DNA of 64,000 nucleotides from Candidatus Bathyarchaeia archaeon (lineage in GTDB: Archaea > Thermoproteota > Bathyarchaeia > 40CM-2-53-6), in the NCBI GenBank assembly GCA_049517415.1, contig JBEKSC010000005.1, forward strand, positions 33,746-97,745, in the 5' to 3' direction. Below the pieces are notes generated by a model. That model was not told the origin of the DNA. It did not search any database and saw only the letters and a program-made list of their open reading frames with translations. Of this stretch, positions 60,076 through 64,000 are shown piece by piece (position 1 is the stretch's first letter; every line of letters begins with the position of its first letter). A program made the translations under genes and the position numbers.

Positions 60076-61590
60076 TTGTCTTCCCCCATTCTAAGAGTGA
60101 GTTCCATGTCTCAAGCTCCAGCATACGGCCGAGCCTCTCAACAAGTGTCGGTAAACCGTGTTGACAAGTACGTCTGGGAGATTCCAAAAGACTCCCAGCC
60201 CGGAATGCGTGTACCCGGAAGAATATACGCGGACGATGCGTTAATCGAAAAAATGCGAACCGACGCTACGCTACAGCAATGCGCAAACGTAGCCACCCTA
60301 CCCGGCCTCTACAACTGGTCAATAACCATGCCCGACGGCCACGAAGGATACGGATTCCCAATCGGCGGCGTAGCAGCAAGCGACTACGACGAAGGCGTAG
60401 TAAGCCCCGGAGGGATCGGTTATGACATAAATTGTGGAGTAAGATTGATCCGCACAAACCTGATGGAGGCTGATGTTCGGCCGGTTCTTGGGAAATTGCT
60501 GGATGCGTTGTTTGTGAATATTCCGTCAGGGCTTGGGAGTCGGGGGAAGGTTGGCAGGCTTTCGCAGGGGGATTTGGAGAAGGTAACTAGTGAGGGCGTT
60601 GAATGGGCTGTTGACCATGGTTATGGTTGGGCTGAGGACCAGAAACATTGCGAAGAAAATGGGTGCATGCAGACCGCTAACCCAGACAAGGTATCCGGGG
60701 TTGCCAAGCAACGCGGTGCACCGCAACTTGGCAGCTTGGGGAGCGGCAACCATTTCCTCGAAATTGAGAAAGTGGATAAGATCTTCGACGCTCCCGTTGC
60801 CAATAAATTAGGTATCCGGAACGAAGGCCAAGTCCTCGTCTTAGCCCATACCGGGAGCAGGGGGTTCGGCTACCAGGTGTGCAGCGACTACCTGCGAGTA
60901 ATGGAACGTGCCGTGGAAAAATATGGAATCAAGTTACCGGACCGGCAATTGGCTTGCGCCCCCGCGAAGAGTAACGAGGTTGAAGATTACATTGGCGCCA
61001 TGTCGTGTGCGGCGAACTTCGCATGGTCGAATAGGCAGATGATAACCCATTGGACGCGAGAGTCTTTCGAGAAGACCTTTGGGAAGTCGGCTGACCAGTT
61101 GGATATGGGTTTGATCTACGATGTCTGCCACAATATTGCGAAGATTGAGGAGCATGTAATCGACGGTGGAACCAAGAAGGTCTATGTCCACCGAAAGGGA
61201 GCAACCCGAGCCTTTCCGCCCGGTCATCCAGCCGTCCCAGCTGAATACCGGGAGATTGGCCAACCCGTCCTGATCCCAGGGAGTATGGGCACAGCGTCTT
61301 GGGTTCTCATCGGGGCACCCAAATCCATGGAACTCAGCTTCGGAACAACGGCGCACGGAGCTGGCAGGTTCATGAGCCGAGCAGCTGCAAGGAGGCGGAA
61401 CCCAGCACGGACGGTCGAAGACCTTCTCTCTAAGAAGGGGATCATGATTCGAGCGGAGAACATCGGGACGGTAAGCGAAGAAGCTCCAGAAGCCTACAAG
61501 AACGTTGACAGCGTCGCCGAAGTAAGCCACCAACTAGGCATAGCAACCAAAGTGGCGAGACTCGTCCCGATCGGAGTAACCAAAGGTTAA
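60076..61590 (+). CDS. rtcB: RNA ligase RtcB (no intein evident)
   Basis: PDGHEGYG, GYDINCG, GSGNHF, HTGSRG, HN, HRKGA, HGAGR. Confidence 0.96.
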   Translation: MSSPILRVSSMSQAPAYGRASQQVSVNRVDKYVWEIPKDSQPGMRVPGRIYADDALIEKMRTDATLQQCANVATLPGLYNWSITMPDGHEGYGFPIGGVAASDYDEGVVSPGGIGYDINCGVRLIRTNLMEADVRPVLGKLLDALFVNIPSGLGSRGKVGRLSQGDLEKVTSEGVEWAVDHGYGWAEDQKHCEENGCMQTANPDKVSGVAKQRGAPQLGSLGSGNHFLEIEKVDKIFDAPVANKLGIRNEGQVLVLAHTGSRGFGYQVCSDYLRVMERAVEKYGIKLPDRQLACAPAKSNEVEDYIGAMSCAANFAWSNRQMITHWTRESFEKTFGKSADQLDMGLIYDVCHNIAKIEEHVIDGGTKKVYVHRKGATRAFPPGHPAVPAEYREIGQPVLIPGSMGTASWVLIGAPKSMELSFGTTAHGAGRFMSRAAARRRNPARTVEDLLSKKGIMIRAENIGTVSEEAPEAYKNVDSVAEVSHQLGIATKVARLVPIGVTKG

Positions 61591-61632
61591 ACTAGCCAAG
61601 ATGAAACCCACCTCAGCGCACTCGCGCGGGGA

Positions 61633-62313
61633 TTGTGGATGCTCTCAGCCATAACATTCGATTGTTATGGGACGTTAGTGGATTGGGAGGCGGGAATTGC
61701 AGGTTTTCTCAATGAAGTACTGCGAGAGAAGGGAGCCACGGCAAACATACCTGAAGTAGTTAGGGTTCGTGAGGACATTGATTTCGAATTGGTTGAGGGC
61801 CCTTACAAGCCCTACAAAGAGATTCTTCACTTGAGCCTGAGGGAGACTTTCCACAGGTTCCAAGTCGCCTACAAAGACAAAGATGGTGATAGGCTCGTCC
61901 AATCAGTCCCTACTTGGCCAATATTCAAGGAGACCAGAATAGCGCTTGAGAGGCTCGCGAGAAAACACAGGTTGGGTATAATCTCAAACATTGATAAAGA
62001 CATAATCGAGAAAACGAAAGCTAACCTTGGCGTTCAGTTCGCCATTACCGTAACCGCCGAGGAAGCAGGTTCCTATAAGCCTACATTAGCGCCATTCCAA
62101 CTTGCTCTTAAGAAGCTGCGCACCGAACCAGCTGGCATTCTGCACGTGTCGTCGGGGTTCAGGTATGATGTTCCCCCAGCTCGTCGGCTGGGATTCAAAA
62201 CAGCTTGGGTCAACCGAAAATCTGAGCCGGCTCCGCCAAGTGGGCGAGCTGACCATGTATTCGAAAACCTCAGTCAACTGGCCGACTTTGTCGAGCGTCA
62301 GCTTACGGAATAA
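61633..62313 (+). CDS. Haloacid dehalogenase type II-like HAD
   Basis: FDCYGTLVDW, ISN, YKP. Confidence 0.88.
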   Translation: MWMLSAITFDCYGTLVDWEAGIAGFLNEVLREKGATANIPEVVRVREDIDFELVEGPYKPYKEILHLSLRETFHRFQVAYKDKDGDRLVQSVPTWPIFKETRIALERLARKHRLGIISNIDKDIIEKTKANLGVQFAITVTAEEAGSYKPTLAPFQLALKKLRTEPAGILHVSSGFRYDVPPARRLGFKTAWVNRKSEPAPPSGRADHVFENLSQLADFVERQLTE

Positions 62314-62330
62314 CGGAAAGTGTTTCTCGT

Positions 62331-62843
62331 TCAGGATTTCTGAGCTTTCAAATGCTTGGGCACCTCGCTCTTCTCCATCATTTCTTTACCTCGTTCTATG
62401 ATCTGATTGCCCGGACTAATCCGCAGAGCCCTTGCGATTGATTCTGTCGATGCAACCGCATCTCCCGCCAAATACTGAGCCCAAGCAAGATTGTACCAAG
62501 AATATTCATTGTTCGGGTTGGCTCGAATAGCTTCCTGTAAGACAGGAAGCGCTTCATTCGCTCTACCAAGGTCGATTAGAGCCCAACCCTTACCTGTCAG
62601 GGCAAGGTCATCGTTTGGGTTCAAAGCCAAGGCGCGATCCGCATACTCTAACGCTTTCTGCGAATACTTCCATTCACGGTGGATGTTTGCAAGTTTGTTT
62701 AGGGCGTAAGCTTTCAGGGCTATTGCTAAGCTGTTTTCAGGGGCGGTTTTGATGATGGTGTTCAGGTGTAGAATTGCTTCTTCGGTTTTGTTCTTCGAGT
62801 AGATTAGATCGAATATTCTTTCACGAAGGTCAGAGGAGCTCAT
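62331..62843 (-). CDS. TPR-repeat protein
   Basis: AL.LNP, KG.AL..LG, WYNLA repeats. Confidence 0.85.
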   Translation of the reverse strand: MSSSDLRERIFDLIYSKNKTEEAILHLNTIIKTAPENSLAIALKAYALNKLANIHREWKYSQKALEYADRALALNPNDDLALTGKGWALIDLGRANEALPVLQEAIRANPNNEYSWYNLAWAQYLAGDAVASTESIARALRISPGNQIIERGKEMMEKSEVPKHLKAQKS

Positions 62844-63045
62844 GCCTGAGATCTATGTTGCGCTTGGCGGCTGATTTCCTTTTAGTTCCCTTCAGTAGCC
62901 TGTGTATGGCCATGCTTCAGCTGAGACGCCTTGGATTGGATGCTGGAATGATTATGACTCTGTTCCATTATCAGAATGGTATATGTTCTCTATTGAAGAA
63001 CATTATTTGGGATTAGGACTCCGAAGTTATGGTGCTGGCCTGTGA

Positions 63046-63492
63046 ATGCCCCTGTGCTTGGTTGCTCTCGTAGTCTTCTCAGTGATGAGCATATGGTCAG
63101 CGAAATATCGCAGGCTCGCAAAGGAAGCGTTCAAGTGCGTTAGGAAAACCCTGATGCTAAGTCCGTGCGACATGGCTTTTGAGCAGAAGGTTAAGGCCAA
63201 AGTCACCGCAAAATTGCTCAACATCTCCCCAACATTGGCGAGAGGTTTCTACCAGAACTTTAGAATCTTCGCGTGGGCCTTTACCGCCTCCTTCTTTGTC
63301 TCACTTTTCATTACAGCCTATTCCTTCTACAACTTCGCAGTTTACGGTTCATGCGATCCAGGTGAACCATGCTACATGACAGCGCTCGGCGTGAGCATTG
63401 GCGTGTTCGAGAAATACATCGTATACGCCGTCGTCGCCATACTAATCGTGTCAGGACTCTACGTTCTAGTGAGCAAAATTAGACGACGATGA
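63046..63492 (+). CDS. Hypothetical membrane protein
   Basis: Hydrophobic segments, C...LxPC pattern. Confidence 0.7.
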   Translation: MPLCLVALVVFSVMSIWSAKYRRLAKEAFKCVRKTLMLSPCDMAFEQKVKAKVTAKLLNISPTLARGFYQNFRIFAWAFTASFFVSLFITAYSFYNFAVYGSCDPGEPCYMTALGVSIGVFEKYIVYAVVAILIVSGLYVLVSKIRRR

Positions 63493-63655
63493 TCCAGATC
63501 CTTTAGCAATTACACTGGTTCGCATAGTCAACCAGTGTATAACATATGCTAGACAAGAACTGACGCGGATTAATCGGGAATTCGTTTAGGAAACGTTTGC
63601 GATTCACGCCTTGTCCGCCTTTCGAAGCGGATTTTGGGTTGCTCCGCCAGCACTT

Positions 63656-63697
63656 TTGGCACCGTTTGGCACCACCCCTCAAAGGGTGGATCCACCC
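63656..63697 (+). repeat. Dispersed palindromic repeat, copy 2
   Basis: TTGGCACCGTTTGGCACCACCCCTCAAAGGGTGGATCCACCC. Confidence 0.85.
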
Positions 63698-64000
63698 CAC
63701 GGGGGGCGTAGTTTTGTGCGGAATCCGCGTCACTCTGAGCTAAACGCACTAGACAATTAATGTCCCCAATAGCGACGGCTCAGATGCACTAGGTACTTTT
63801 GGCGTTTGGGATAGTACCCGTTTTGGCCTAAGTACTGTGTAGACGTAATTGACTAATGCTCAAAACTTGAGGAACCCGCTTTAAGTGTTCGGCTCGTATC
63901 GCAGTCCTGAGTAACAACTGGTGAGGACTAGGGTCGCTTATTCTACTGCATCACCGCTTAGACTCAGCTTTGCCGATTCCTTCCCAACATAGGTTCGTAG

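Noticed and set aside
63938..64000. 3' end of a minus-strand gene (LRTYVGKESAKLSLSGDAVE*)
   Set aside because: Too short at the window edge to support as a feature

Overview
Archaeal chromosomal window, most likely TACK/Thermoproteota and plausibly Bathyarchaeia (inferred from DUF2153, PAC2, L40e, archaeal NusA-like, DPSL, RtcB and a BHB-intron tRNA-Val; not tested by search). It is mostly housekeeping and heterotrophic metabolism: thyX, a 2-oxoacid/acetoin dehydrogenase E1a/E1b/E2 cluster, TldD/PmbA, Fe-S carriers, a CydAA'-type bd oxidase in a metal/oxidative-stress cluster, aspS, sucCD and rtcB. The main accessory feature is a ~7.3 kb AT-rich integrative element (26584-33876). It sits in the divergent udg/rpl40e promoter rather than a tRNA and is bounded by an 11-bp direct repeat with imperfect inner inverted arms. 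It carries a tyrosine-recombinase-fold gene with non-canonical catalytic motifs, several micro-ORFs missed by the ORF track, iteron-like repeats, and a PD-(D/E)XK nuclease gene. That gene has a long 5' hairpin and, downstream, a ~255-nt multi-stem, probably pseudoknotted, + strand RNA-like structure; this nuclease/RNA pair is the best candidate for an undescribed system. Other signals: a structured 5' leader on an OB-fold gene, a 42-43 bp palindromic repeat present twice, two tRNA 3'-end relics, and an M6 protease with a His-to-Leu change in HExxH.
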